Assembly: GCA_040954595.2 (NCBI GenBank)
Contig: CM082579.2
Location: 11,593,734 to 11,657,733, forward strand
Source: Balanoglossus misakiensis
Lineage: Eukaryota > Animalia > Hemichordata
DNA length: 64,000 bases
Direction of reading: 5' to 3'
The notes under the pieces were generated by a model. That model did no database searches. It was not told the origin of the DNA and saw only the letters and a program-made list of their open reading frames with translations. The translations under genes were made by a program, and so were the position numbers. Positions 15,401 to 55,275 of the stretch are shown one piece after another; the stretch's first letter is position 1; every line of letters starts with the position of its first letter.

Positions 15401-16994
15401 CAGTGTTCACTGCCTCATTGTGAAATGTCCCATGTGCTTCCTGGCTAGCGTTGTGGTAACACATTATTCGGGGTGTCCGCAGATCGTTCATTGATTTTCT
15501 GAGAAATAGCCTGACTGATACTATCTCCAACATAAACCGCACCCTGGAAAGATTAAATGATCTTTTAGGTGGACTTTGAAAATCTGATTAACTCATCTAA
15601 GCATTTTTGCTAACAGTTGTATATTTTTTTAATCACCCTCCTACTTCTCATCATCAATATTATTATTGTTGTTTTACTATTTTAAAGTAAATATGTTTTG
15701 ACGAACATGTTGTGATAAGGAGCACGTTGTCCGTTTATACATTCGTATATTGTTTTCATAAAAATGGAACTATGACGGTGCAGCTTCGTGAAAGAAGTTC
15801 AATAAAAGTAATCATACCTGTAAAGCAACTAATGAGGTATCCCAATTAAAGAAATGCAATGCTATTCTAAACATTTCTATTTTTGGTTTGCTCGAATGAA
15901 TAGCACACACTTCGTATTCAGCCAGGTGTTACACGAAGTGATGCGCTGAAAGGCATTACGTAACAAAACACTAGCCCATTTCAACAAACCGCCACTGGAA
16001 ATAAAATACGAAATTTCTCCTGACAACAATCTAGTTCACAGTATCACATAAAATGCCATGAATAGTGAAGGAAAAGGTGAAATCCAATCATTATATGAGT
16101 GCCTTTCTTTATACACTGGGATCGAGCTTCGACAACGCGCAGGCAGCATGGCAGACAGAATACGACAACTGTATTCAGAAAGTACAAAAGACTTTGCATA
16201 ACGAGGCAGTGAAAATTGGCGACCTACACATTAACCAATCAGGGAGCTGAAAATTGAATAAATGCATGTTAATAAGACCTAACCTATAAGGTCTAGTGAA
16301 TAAATACATATTAATAAGACCTAACCTACAAGGTCCTGTATAATGAGGCAGTGAACACATGGGGGACCAGACTAACACGTTAACCAATCAGGGAGCTGTA
16401 TGGTGAATAAATACATATTAATAAGACCTAACCTACAAGGTCCTGCATAATGAGGCAGTGAACACATGGGGGACCAGACTAACACGTTAACCAATCAGGG
16501 AGCTGTATGGTGAATAAATACATATTAATAAGACCTAACCTACAAGGTCCTGCATAATGAGGCAGTGAACACTGGAGGACCAGACCTACACATTAACCAA
16601 TCAGGGAGCTCTAAAGTGAATAATACATAGTAATAAGACCTAAGCTACAAGGTCTAGTGAATAATACATAGTAATAAGACCTAACCTACAAGGTCCCTCC
16701 AATCAGCGAGCCGCAAGTGGACCTAAGATTACCAGATCGACCAATCACAGATGTCGGTACTTATGTCTTGGACCTGACTTATGAAACAGGACTAGTAGAT
16801 CATTGAAATAAATGTCAAGATAGTGTCACTAAGGTATAGTTCGTGTTAATAGTTCTAGTCTTGCTTCCAAGTCACTTTTCTCATTCATGAACTATTTCTC
16901 CCTGCAATATCTTTGCGTTCAAGTTGCCATACCGGTAAGCCGCTGGATGAGCGGCACGCCTTCCTGTAGCGTCTTGCCAATCCTCGTCGTCCAT
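445..16994 (-). CDS. RNF213: RNF213/mysterin-like AAA+ ATPase/E3 ubiquitin ligase, N-terminal ~1,600 aa (3' end lies beyond the left edge of the window)
   Basis: Twenty GT-AG exons join in consistent phase: 16994-16933, 13630-13397, 13277-13081, 12915-12662, 12249-11981, 11655-11425, 10914-10716, 10212-10157, 9400-9088, 8360-8262, 7775-7659, 7066-6859, 6214-5909, 5266-4677, 4114-3958, 3573-3356, 2715-2572, 2152-1961, 1687-843, 575-445. Motifs I recognise from RNF213 occur in the expected order: IHFHVLL..GGW..FEGVL..EYKY, WHQYDDI, WLHGMPLLHFL, LDGTILL, DLKTYLDL..GEEDIQMDR..GYAPLIFDL, THGSDEESS..INEMGQYII, YTFDDLNDLHSKLMLI, AGCAPFKTW, ELNLYTIEQILHL. The start codon is uncertain. Confidence 0.88.
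843..1687 (-). CDS. RNF213: RNF213-like long exon containing a UBA-like insert and a 2x15-aa repeat
   Basis: Acceptor tctcaatag at 1688 and donor AG|gtatga at 843/842. Phase matches the exon at 575-445. Confidence 0.8.
6267..6619. mobile_element. Non-autonomous TIR element (MITE), TTAA/AGGG termini (Kolobok/T2-MITE-like)
   Basis: ~135-bp imperfect inverted arms: ttaaAGGGACAAAGTCTCTCTCGCTGCCCCTTTTCCATTAATTATG... and ...CATAATTAATGGAAAAGGGGCAGCGAGAGAGAGTTTGTCCCTtaaa. Confidence 0.75.
9846..10113. mobile_element. TA-flanked MITE with ~55-65 bp imperfect TIRs
   Basis: taCACCTTTTCGTAAAGAGGGCG...CGAGGCCAGTAG versus CTACTGGCCTCG...GCCCTCTTTATGAAAAGGCGta. Confidence 0.6.
10355..10500. repeat. Dispersed repeat family, other copies at ~27375-27480 (+), ~31970-32150 (-), ~51870-51980 (+)
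   Basis: Shared core gtgttgtttgtcctg..catgagaat..aaact..ctagc..gagat.tcgc. Confidence 0.65.
11662..11905 (+). repeat. ~120-bp unique unit followed by (CATA)n microsatellite
   Basis: caagatatccacaaaagaaagaaaaatgactcaacggcgacaggcaaacgc...acatacaggcacatac then (CATA)n. The same unit occurs three times at 49360-50160. Confidence 0.85.
12662..13630 (-). CDS. RNF213: RNF213-like N-terminal CBM20-like domain exons (13630-13397, 13277-13081, 12915-12662)
   Basis: Translation LKIHFHVLLPEDSKF...QLGGW...RFEGVLNV...FEYKYF...AVWHQYDDIVY resembles the N-terminal CBM20-like region of vertebrate RNF213 (from recall, no alignment run). Confidence 0.7.
13666..14074. mobile_element. TTAA-flanked MITE-like element; related copy in opposite orientation at ~54662-54960
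   Basis: Diverged TIRs ttaaaagccgataatcgtattatgcgcat / atgcgcataagaggatcgtcgcccattaa. The internal sequence (agactatggt..ccatcttgtc..gtaaccagagt) recurs inverted at 54662-54960. Confidence 0.6.
14256..15136 (+). repeat. Near-perfect tandem duplication, 439-bp period
   Basis: cgcctataacattgttaattaaag starts at 14256 and 14695. The two copies read identically by eye. Confidence 0.9.
15062..16796. mobile_element. Foldback-type element with long modular inverted arms and AGTAGT-like termini
   Basis: Left end AGTAGTCCTGTTTC, right end GAAACAGGACTAGT. Arms ~15140-15420 and ~16200-16725 are reverse-complementary (aggtccacttgcggctcgctgattggagggacctt / aaggtccctccaatcagcgagccgcaagtggacct). The right arm has ~107-bp tandem subrepeats. 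Confidence 0.75.
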
Positions 16995-18518
16995 CTTCTA
17001 AGTCCGCAGAGATCCTTCACTGTAGTTCGACATTGGTAGCGAGACGCTATTGTTTGAAACTGCAAATATCAAAGAGCGGGTGAAATCAACAATGGCATTG
17101 CATCGCAACTCAAAAATGGTATATATAATAGCGCATCGTCATCCTAGAAAGATATCACTTCGAGATGTAACGGGCTCAAAGTACAGAAACATAAAGTAGG
17201 CTGGCTGTTTTGTCTGTTTTGTTGTCGCTTACAATGTTTTATTGATACTCAAAGCAAAAATACTGAGAAAATGGTCCAAATTTGGAATAACCGGGGCTTT
17301 AAATGTATCTAAATTCATAGTTTGAGTAAACTTAAACCCCCACCGCTCGGTAGGGCCCTACCGAGCGAAAATCAATAAAATGTGGGCGTGGCTAAAGCTC
17401 TGACGCCACTATATATTGTTACAACAATTGACCTCAAATGGGCATCCCGTGCCCGCCAAAAGCAAACACCGATCCAGCTAGTTCTTACGTACCCGCGGAA
17501 CGTGTTGTCAGCTGAATCTATCGTGTCGACACGAATTATCAAGATAGCGGTCACTGAAGAGCAGGAGAAAGCACTGGCAATTTTCTCTGCCGAGCTTTCG
17601 GTCATCGACCGGCGGGGGCACATAAGTTCACCTGCTGCGACCGCGCGGGTTAGTACCGTGCGTGGTATCGGCTACCGGCGAGTTTGATGCGGGGGACACT
17701 GCCGGTCTATCGGATGCAGCAGCCGTCGAAGTAAACACCGTGTCCATGAGCACATCGGCTTCCGGAGATTCGGTCAACTCCTGTGAATTTTGTTTTTGTT
17801 CGCTATGTGTTACCACACATAGGCAGTCTTGGCTAGTCCGTGGTCTCTACCCGAATTTACCCGGTGTTTCTTACGTTGGGCATGAATATGGCACTGATGA
17901 GGCTTTCCCCTCTTCACTTTGTACGGTTGGTACACAAATACAAACGGTCCTTTTCAGGACCAACACAATTTCCAAGAAGAGAACTACCGATTTTATGGAT
18001 GTGTGCATGTTCATGTGTGATAAATTTGGTATGATCATATCCTCATTTTCAGGTCACGCACACTTTGCAATCAACGCCAAAATGTATCAATGGTGCCCAA
18101 TTTTGATTTGCATAATATGTCAATCACGCAGATTCAAACTGAACATCGTACCGATATACCGGTCATATCTTGGGGACAAAATGATTTCATCTTCGGTTTT
18201 CGAAAGTATTTTCAAATTGTATTGCACCAGAAACCGCGGATGTCGTGCTGAATAAACTCATGCACTCCTTTCTGAATTTAGAGACCAAAAAAATCATCGG
18301 TAGACCTAAATTTACTGTCTTTTATGGACAACGTCCGTTCTGTTGTTAGTGAGTTTGAATCTCCCACCATTATGCCAACTCTCGCGTGCTCTCGCGCTTT
18401 TATACGGGAGTTGGGGGTTTAAGGCACGACCGAGTATAGTATCGTGTCGTTACTTAGTGTCTCGGAAATTTATGGCTTATGGGGATTTGTACTCTGTCTT
18501 CTATATGATGTATCTGGA

Positions 18519-18790
18519 TTTAAGGTAGTACACACCTCGAAAATAATAAAACGGGGTCACCGTGCAAAACTTTAAATGAGAGAGAAAAATTGTATCGAAT
18601 TCGACATTCAAAATGGCCGACAATCTCTGTGTTTACTCTATACATGGATGGAGAAAAATTGAATGTCATTTTTAATATTTAAAAAAGACGGTGAGCACCA
18701 TATTTTCTTCATCGTTTTCAAAAAGGGTCATCATATACTTTAGTATAGAAAAGACTGGAAAGGTTTGAAGGAGTAACATTTTTCTGAAAA
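18519..18790. mobile_element. Fragment of a dispersed TTAAGGTAG-terminated repeat family (related pieces ~25130-25400, ~34850-35020, ~54590-54660)
   Basis: Shared motifs ttaaggtagt..cg(c/a)..tcgaaa, caccgtgcaaaa, attcaaaatggccg..aatctctgtgtt.actct. Confidence 0.45.
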
Positions 18791-21069
18791 TCCCCCCCCC
18801 CCCCCCTGGCGCGTACTAAACGTACCACGCATAAAAACATATCGCGCAGGTAGCATGCAGCGCCCCCGAAAAGCGTTGTATTTATAACGGTTAAACAATA
18901 ATCGGAAAGAGCGTCCATATTGTGCCAATCAATTCTGGCGGTACGTTGCTTGGAGACCAGTCTGAACCAAGCCAATATTGAGAGCGTGACAAGGAGGCAA
19001 ACACATAGTTCGTGTCGTCGCTCTCGGCGGAAACGTTTTTTTTTCGTTTACACTAAGTCTAAATGTACGGCCATATGATCGCAAGATATGATAATAGTAG
19101 TAAGATTCATAGCAAGTGTATAATGGGAGCGACAAGTCACATAAGGGACTGTTTAATTAACAGTAAGAGCACACACCAAGAGTCTGGGTCGAAAAGTGTA
19201 GGCCGTACAATTTGGCGAGGTTTGACTGGAAAACCTCGCCCACTTGTCTGCACTACGATTGTCTGTATGGACCATTCTGGAAGATAGTGTATGTCCGGAA
19301 TTTGTTTTACTTCTGACAGACATGTAGTTGCCCTATTTTATTGATCATTAGGGTCAACAAGTACAGCCATCGTGGAAGAGCCAAAGGTTGTTTGTTATCG
19401 TTGATAACATTGTGCACAGTCCCTCTATTACAGGGACTGTGCACTGTGCGATACTAGTTCAGACAGCGACGCAATGCGTCGGATTTTGGGTTTAGCCCGC
19501 GGATGTCGAGGGAGACCGCGCCGTAGCATCAAGATGAGCGCTCGAGCTCACCGTAGGACGGCGGGTTAATCACGGTCCCTCTCACTTCGCGAAAATCGGA
19601 GTCCCGGCTATTCAGACAATTTCACCAGTAGTCTGATAATTAAGCAAAGTGAGGCCGTGTTTTGGGGTCGTTTCCAAGGATACCTGGCTCCGGGTCTTGA
19701 TATTGCAATTTGACAGTGCGTGGGGGAAATTTGACCAGAGGGAGTATTTGCCATCAGTTTTCCAAAGAAATTGGCAAATTAACATTTGGTTCTTCGTGTG
19801 ATGGATGTGAACAAGGGTACTGCTTGAAATGAAGAAAATATTCTGACCTAACGAAATGATGAAGCCTATTCATCATTCGTAAGCAAAGAACTTGAATGTG
19901 GCAGATTAACAACAAGCTACATGCATTGCAATTCCTTAATTATAGTATGTAAATACGACACGATTTTTAATTGAGTTCGTGATTCACTTCCGAATATCAT
20001 GAAAAAAGTTTTACTGGAGAAAACCACGGCCACGTGAGATAATAAATTGAAATTAACCTTAAGACATTAACCTTTTTTAACAGTAAGTGTTGCACAATGC
20101 TCAGACATGATCGATCTTGATAACACTTATAGATAAACCCAATGTTATTAGCAACCGCCATCATAGACAAACAATACACCCATCATGGATTTCAGCCAAA
20201 ACTGAACTGAACAAATTGGCCCCATTCTGACAATGTGTTTGCAGGCCATTTTTGTTCATGACCCTCAACAGTGCCGATAATGAATGTACCTAAAGCATGG
20301 TTCCAACTTACACTAAGGGGCTCTGTGAACTTGCGATTGGTCCACAAGATGTTCAACCCAGTTCACATTGTCAATGATGACTGTTGACATGGCCACCGTG
20401 AGGGGCATATATGAAATGAGACACGGAACAATCACAAGACGCTGGTGGTATCCACCTGCTTTAAAGGGCTCACAATACCTTATTAATCGAATGTACTAGA
20501 GATTGTCATATATATGCCAAATGAACAGACTGGGTCTTAAAGTATAGTGGTATATTTGATATTGCCGAAGTACATGTTTCTAGGCTAGCATAAGATATAA
20601 GAAATGGACCGATTGGTAGCTGGTATGAGAAGCATGTGCGGAGCAATAATTATGACCAGAAGAGAAACTAACAATCATATCAGCTATGAAATTTAAGAGA
20701 GTGGAAGAAACCAAATTTACACATGGCGATTCGATTAATTTGAAATTGCGCACCAGAAGAGCGCGCCAAAAACCGAGCCTGAATAAATATAATTCAAGAA
20801 TGCCATGATGAACAAACAAACAAACAAAAACAGTTTGGTATGTATGAAATAAAATGTCTACTCTCGCGATTTTAAAACCGTGCTGACCCCTATCGGCCAT
20901 TTCGAAAACAGGGTGGCTTCCACCACCGCATTGACCCACCCAGTTACAGAAATTGACATGTCCCTTAGCCTTAGTGTGTCTTCTTTCGTTTTAAATGGTT
21001 ACCATAGATAACATCATCTAGTCGATAAGAGTTATGGTGTCATATTCTTATCGGCCAGAAAGATCACTC

Positions 21070-21084
21070 AAAGTGAAACGAAAC
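21070..21084 (+). promoter_or_regulatory. ISRE/IRF-binding-like motif upstream of the RNF213-like gene
   Basis: AAAGTGAAACGAAAC, tandem GAAA cores. Motif match only. Confidence 0.3.
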
Positions 21085-21694
21085 GCAGAGATCTATAGCC
21101 AATTTAAATAGTTGAAAATTATGTTTATTGGGTTGCAGTGTTCCATCGAAAACGGTAAAATGTACTATACGCGTAGCCTACTATACAAAAAACATTAAAA
21201 TTCAGACACGGATTTCCAACATTCGCTTTCCCCAATACAACATTCACAGTAGCATTTCAAGGTATCCGAAAACTCAATTTCTGATGGTCTAAAACACATT
21301 TTCAACCTGGGCACGCTATACTTTGAATGGCGGAAAATAGAGTCGGAAGTTGAAAATACGTTTGGATTTGGGTTGCGGATTCTACACCACACGCATTCCA
21401 GGAATCCAACCTTTTCATTTGTTGAGGAAACTCATGCGTTTCCCAATTTTAAAGTAAATTTACCCAAAAGTTTTACGATAACCCTATTCCACTATACCAG
21501 TCACAATATTACTAAAAGTGCATCAGTGAACAACTGCACGTCAATCATGATTTCTAATGAGAAATTGGGATGGAGAGAGACAGAGAAAAAGAGATATGGT
21601 TCCTACCTGTCAACGCTGTTCGTCACACGCGGAACTGACAAACCGTTAACCAGTACCCGGTACTGGTTCCACCGCAATTGTAATTTGAATATCC

Positions 21695-22245
21695 GGATCG
21701 ATGTAGATAACGAGTGGTTCGAACGTTAATACCTTTGACCTGGTCCGCCTTGTCATTTTGTGTGACGGTATATTGTTTCATGCCTGTGGCGTTATAGACA
21801 CAGTCGTTCTTGTACACTTGTGGTCTCTCAATAATATACGAAATAATAAATGCAATATAATGTCAAAAAATTCCCGCGGGAAACCTCGAGCACCAATCCT
21901 ATTATAAGTATTACAAGAGGCATTTTTTGCGTTATTCTGGCCTAATGAACTCTTTATTATGAATTCATAGACAATACATTGCATTTCTTACTTCAAGCAA
22001 GGTAATAGCAGGGTTCTGACTTTGGTCGATTAAACAGAGTGGATCCGATTTTCTCTCTAACCGAGGCCAACTTTAAGCTTAGGACGTCTTCGTTACGGGT
22101 ACAGCACGACACAAATCTGAAAGGCGCGCGCATGCACAGCGTCCCGGCCGTTCCCAATGACATTGAACGCATACACACTGTCCTCGATAGGCATCGTCAC
22201 AAAGTTCAAAATATCTCAGTTGTCTGATCTCCGAGACAGTCTTTA
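21695..22245 (+). repeat. ~550-bp segment duplicated at 23211-23760
   Basis: ggatcgatgtagataacgagtgg...tctccgag(a/t)cagtcttt is present twice with only a few substitutions. Confidence 0.9.
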
Positions 22246-23172
22246 AGATTGATGTGTTCTCCACAATTGACGTCGTGACTGTAGGTATGTCGATAGAGGG
22301 TGCGTCCAGGATGTGATTGATATGTGGAGTCAATAATTGACGCAGAGTTTGAAATAGGGCGGCGTTGTCAAGGGAGACTGGAAGTTGTGCATACATGTGT
22401 CAGTAGACTTGTTGGAAGTTACTGTATACATAAAACAAAGTTCACACAGTAAGTGCAGGTGACAAAAACCTATTTTTGTTTGTTTGCTTTAAATGAGAAT
22501 ACAGAACTACTACAGAGAAGGGCGGTTGGCAATTCTCTACACCTGAACTTACAATTTTATTTCTTACATTGATTCCGCCATTACGTTTCTAAAATATTAT
22601 CCTTCCGAGGCAGGTTTATAACGTCTATGTCGAAAATATTGCACTTCATAAATAAAAACCTGATAAAATTCTAAGCGTACGATGCAAGTAGTCGGTCGCT
22701 TCTCAAACAAAAAAGCGCATGTTCTTCCTAAATAATATCAGATGTGATCATAATTGTTTTATTAAATCTCATTCGTTGATAACTGTAAACGTGTTGAAAA
22801 AAATAAGTAATAGAAATTAAACGATAGAGGGTCCAGGACTTGATCTAAACCAGCAGTCATAATGAAGGGGCAAATACCACATGGGCGTGTATTCTTGTCT
22901 AGTCTGGACTCTCGAGCGAGCGAGTGTTGATATGGCTCTGTGTACAGGTGTGGATGGAAGCGAGTGCATGCTGTAAACGATCGCGCCCTAGCGAATAGAA
23001 GTACTGTGAATGTGAGGGCTCGCTATATGAGTAACTTTAAATACCCACTTGTCTTAAATACCATTCTCGGCCCATATAAAGTTGTTGAAATAATTATTAA
23101 TGTTATCTAACAATTACTCTTTCAAAACGACATTTTCCACTAGGCTCGCTAGCATGATACAAAATGATGACT

Positions 23173-23800
23173 ACATTAACAGTACGAGATTTCGCACAAG
23201 CAACATGACAGGATCGATGTAGATAACGAGTGGTTCGAACGTTAATACCTTTGACCTGGTCCGCCTTGTCATTTTGTGTGACGGTATATTGTTTCATGCC
23301 TGTGGCGTTATAGACACAGTCGTTCTTGTACACGTGTGGTCTCTCAATAATATACGAAATAATAAATGCAATATAATGTCAAAAAATTCCCGCGGGAAAC
23401 CTCGAGCACCAATCCTATTATAAATATTACAAGAGGCATGTTTTGCGTTATTCTGGCCTAATGAACTCTTTATTATGAATTCATAGACAATACATTGCAT
23501 TTCTTACTTCAAGCAAGGTAATAGCAGGGTTCTGACTTTGGTCGATTAAACAGAGTGGATCCGATTTTCTCTCCAACCGAGGCCAACTTTAAGCTTAGGA
23601 CGTCTTCGTTACGGGTACAGCACGACACCAATCTGAAAGGCGCGCGCATGCACAGCGTCCCGGCCGTTCCCAATGACATTGAACGCATACACACTGTCCT
23701 CGATGGGCATCGTCACAAAGTTCAAAATATCTCAGTTGTCAGATCTCCGAGTCAGTCTTTACATTAACAGTACGAGATTTCGCACAAGCAACATGACAGG
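23173..23800 (+). repeat. Second copy of the 550-bp segment, flanked by a perfect 40-bp direct repeat
   Basis: acattaacagtacgagatttcgcacaagcaacatgacagg at 23173-23212 and 23761-23800. Confidence 0.9.
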
Positions 23801-26481
23801 CCCCTGTGGCAAATATAGCATCACAAATTATTTCATCAGATCTATGAGTTGGCATCTAGTGTCTGTTGGCACGGCAACATTCTAGATGTACTTTCATGTT
23901 CTTTTACGTATGGTCTTCTTCGCACTTGCGCTCACATGGGCATAACCCTGAAAAAGATAATTATGTATTTGCTTTGTTTGCTATGCACATACGCTTGAGG
24001 GTACCTGTACGCCTTCTTGTATTTTTTTTCTGTAAATGTTTCTACTTCCCTTGAATATAGGCCGGAGGCCTATAAAACACGCAATAAAACAAAGTAACAG
24101 TCCACACGGGCCACACAAAAAACGCAAAGAAGCTGCCACGAAAAGACCCGGCGTTGTAATGCCACCTACATCGTGTAAATAACCAATACACAGACTATAG
24201 AGTACTTTGCAAACGCCATTTATCGCCACAAATGGTCGGGCCACATGTTGACATAATCGATAAGGGTTGACAAGGACGTCACGATAGTATTGGGGGCGTT
24301 TATCCGACTTATTGACAGTCACGTACACGAGCCACAAACAACACAAAGAATCTGTCACGAAAAGGTCATGCGTTGAAATTCCGCCTACATCGTGTAAATA
24401 ACCAATAATTTGACATTATCATGAATAATATCTAGCAGCCAGAATCCTGCAAGATTAAAAAGTCTATGGGCCTGCGCGACTTACGTGTTCACAGTATAAA
24501 CCGGAACAAGAATTTAATTTGTTATGACATAACTAAGCCCATAGACTATGGGAAAGCCTAACATAAATATGTATTGCTGTATATTGTTCAATGTTTATAC
24601 AATGCTATGGATACCACCGCGGGTACATGGGCAGCAAACATTCCAGGACTTTTCAGGGTCACCATGATTACATTAAAAATCATAGGCATTTCTTACAACT
24701 GTTCCTTTCATATCCTTGATATATTGATTGGTCGAAAACACTGGTATTTACTTGTTGGTGTGTATTATTCGTCGAATGTTTACGTCACTTATAGCTATAA
24801 TTACATTGGAGCGCCCCCCCCCAAAAAAAAAAGAAAAAAAAAAAAGAAAAAAACATTACAAGTTAATTACCGTCAATGTGGGTTGTAATGCATATTGATT
24901 GCATTATTCGTTAAGGAATCTTATTGCAACACGGTAATCCAAAAACACCTTGTAATTTCATAAAGACGAGTATCTGGAACCAAAGAGTGGATTTTCTAGT
25001 CGAAACGGGAAACTGTGATATGATTGGATAAAGAGTCAGATATGGGTTGTATAAGACAAAACATATGAAGCAGACGTTTATGTCGCTTTCTCATATTCAA
25101 CTGAAGATAACTTTAGATTATTCTCTAAAATTGAGCGTAAAAATCGGTGGTCACCTTGCAAAATTTTGAATGTGAGACCGGAATATTCTCAAATTTGATA
25201 TTTGAAAGGACCTCCAATCTATATACATGTATTAAGTCTATGGAGAAAGTTATGAAGAAAATTACGGCGATTTCCACGAAAACAAGACTGTGAATACTCA
25301 GTTTTCTTATTTTTTCAAAAAGGCACCGTACACACTTTACTATTGCAAAGAAGTGGATGGTTTGGGTACTAATTTTTCTGAAAATATATCCGTTAGACGC
25401 AATATTTTATTCCTATTTCGTGATGCGTTATCAAGAGCTCGTATGACACTCTCAGTGCTCGACAGAAAACTGCCATGGATACACAAAAAAAGACACTGAC
25501 AAATGTCAAGAGTTAGGCGTACAGGTCATGCTTAAATTCAACTCGCGATGCATGATGGTTGCAGCCTCCAACATAAAAAACATGCTGAGAAGTGCTGGAC
25601 CTGCTGAAACTGTCCACAAATTGAAAAGAGAGAGAGAAGTTTGGTAAATAGTTTTCTAATATCGTCATATCATAATATCAAATGTTATAAATGTCGACCA
25701 TCATGCATCGCTTTTGTCTCAAGTCGGCCATCTTTGCCCGGAGATTTGTCTGTGGTGTTTCCCCAGACCCTCTTTCTGTGTGCCTAACGGAAGAAGCAGA
25801 GGGCTCTGGGTAACCGAGACTATATTTTACTAATCCACAATGAGTATTTTCGTGCTAGTTGTAAATTCATGTGAATGGTATTGTGACTTTGGTCAAGTTG
25901 CTGTTCAAGTTGACGTGGCCTTTTCAAGTGTTGGTCCAGTCGGGATGAGAAAAAAATACTAAGACAGGCCAAATTTGAATAATCATGGAATATTTTATTA
26001 AAGGGAAATTAGCTGTAACTTTTGACTTTATTTTCAGTATTCTTGTTCTGTGTCCCAAATGCAATTTCTTGTTCTACACCAAACAGCATGCTAATATACC
26101 CAGTACTTCCAGTACGTGTACACACAAACTATCGCAACACAGTGACATATAGTGATGTTTATACCATAACCCCCTTAGTATATAAGAGCATGGTTTATGG
26201 AATAGGGTACACGGCTTATTGTCAGTTAATATGTTTAAAACACTGCAACAAATCTACCAATACATTCATGTTCAACGGTTTTGTATACATTACAATAAAC
26301 GTAGCCAATTTCAGATTTTACAAGTGTCGTAAAATTTCACCCTCGCGCCAACAATTTCTCGAAGACTTCTGTTTTTCTCCTTTGGATAAGCCACTGTTAA
26401 CTCATTATGCATACTCTCTCCGTATCGCACAGCATTATGTATTCATGCTACATTACAGTTGTATTCTTAACTATCTTCCCA

Positions 26482-26756
26482 AAGTTATCCATCTTGTCCT
26501 AAAACATAGTATATAACTTATAGAGGTCATGACATCGAAAAACTACCCATCACCTTCAATTTTCGATATTCTTAAGTTATCCATCTCGATTTAAAATGTT
26601 GTATATTACTTATAAGGCAGGTCATTACACCCTAAAAACTACCCATCACCTTCAATTTTCGATATTCTTAAGTTATCCATCACGATTTAAAATGTTGTAT
26701 ATTACTTATAAGACAGGTCATTACACCCTAAAATCTTCCCATCAACTTCAACTTTC
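26482..26756 (+). repeat. ~96-bp tandem repeat (about 3 copies) in the presumed 3'UTR of the poly-pentraxin gene
   Basis: aagttatccatc...aaaactacccatcaccttcaattttcgatattctt repeated with period ~96. Confidence 0.75.
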
Positions 26757-26836
26757 ACCACCATGCATACATGTACATGTTATAATTGAATGTCCTATCG
26801 TCATATTTGAGTCACGCGAGTCTCGTAACGGGTAAA

Positions 26837-55275
<28,439 letters not shown>

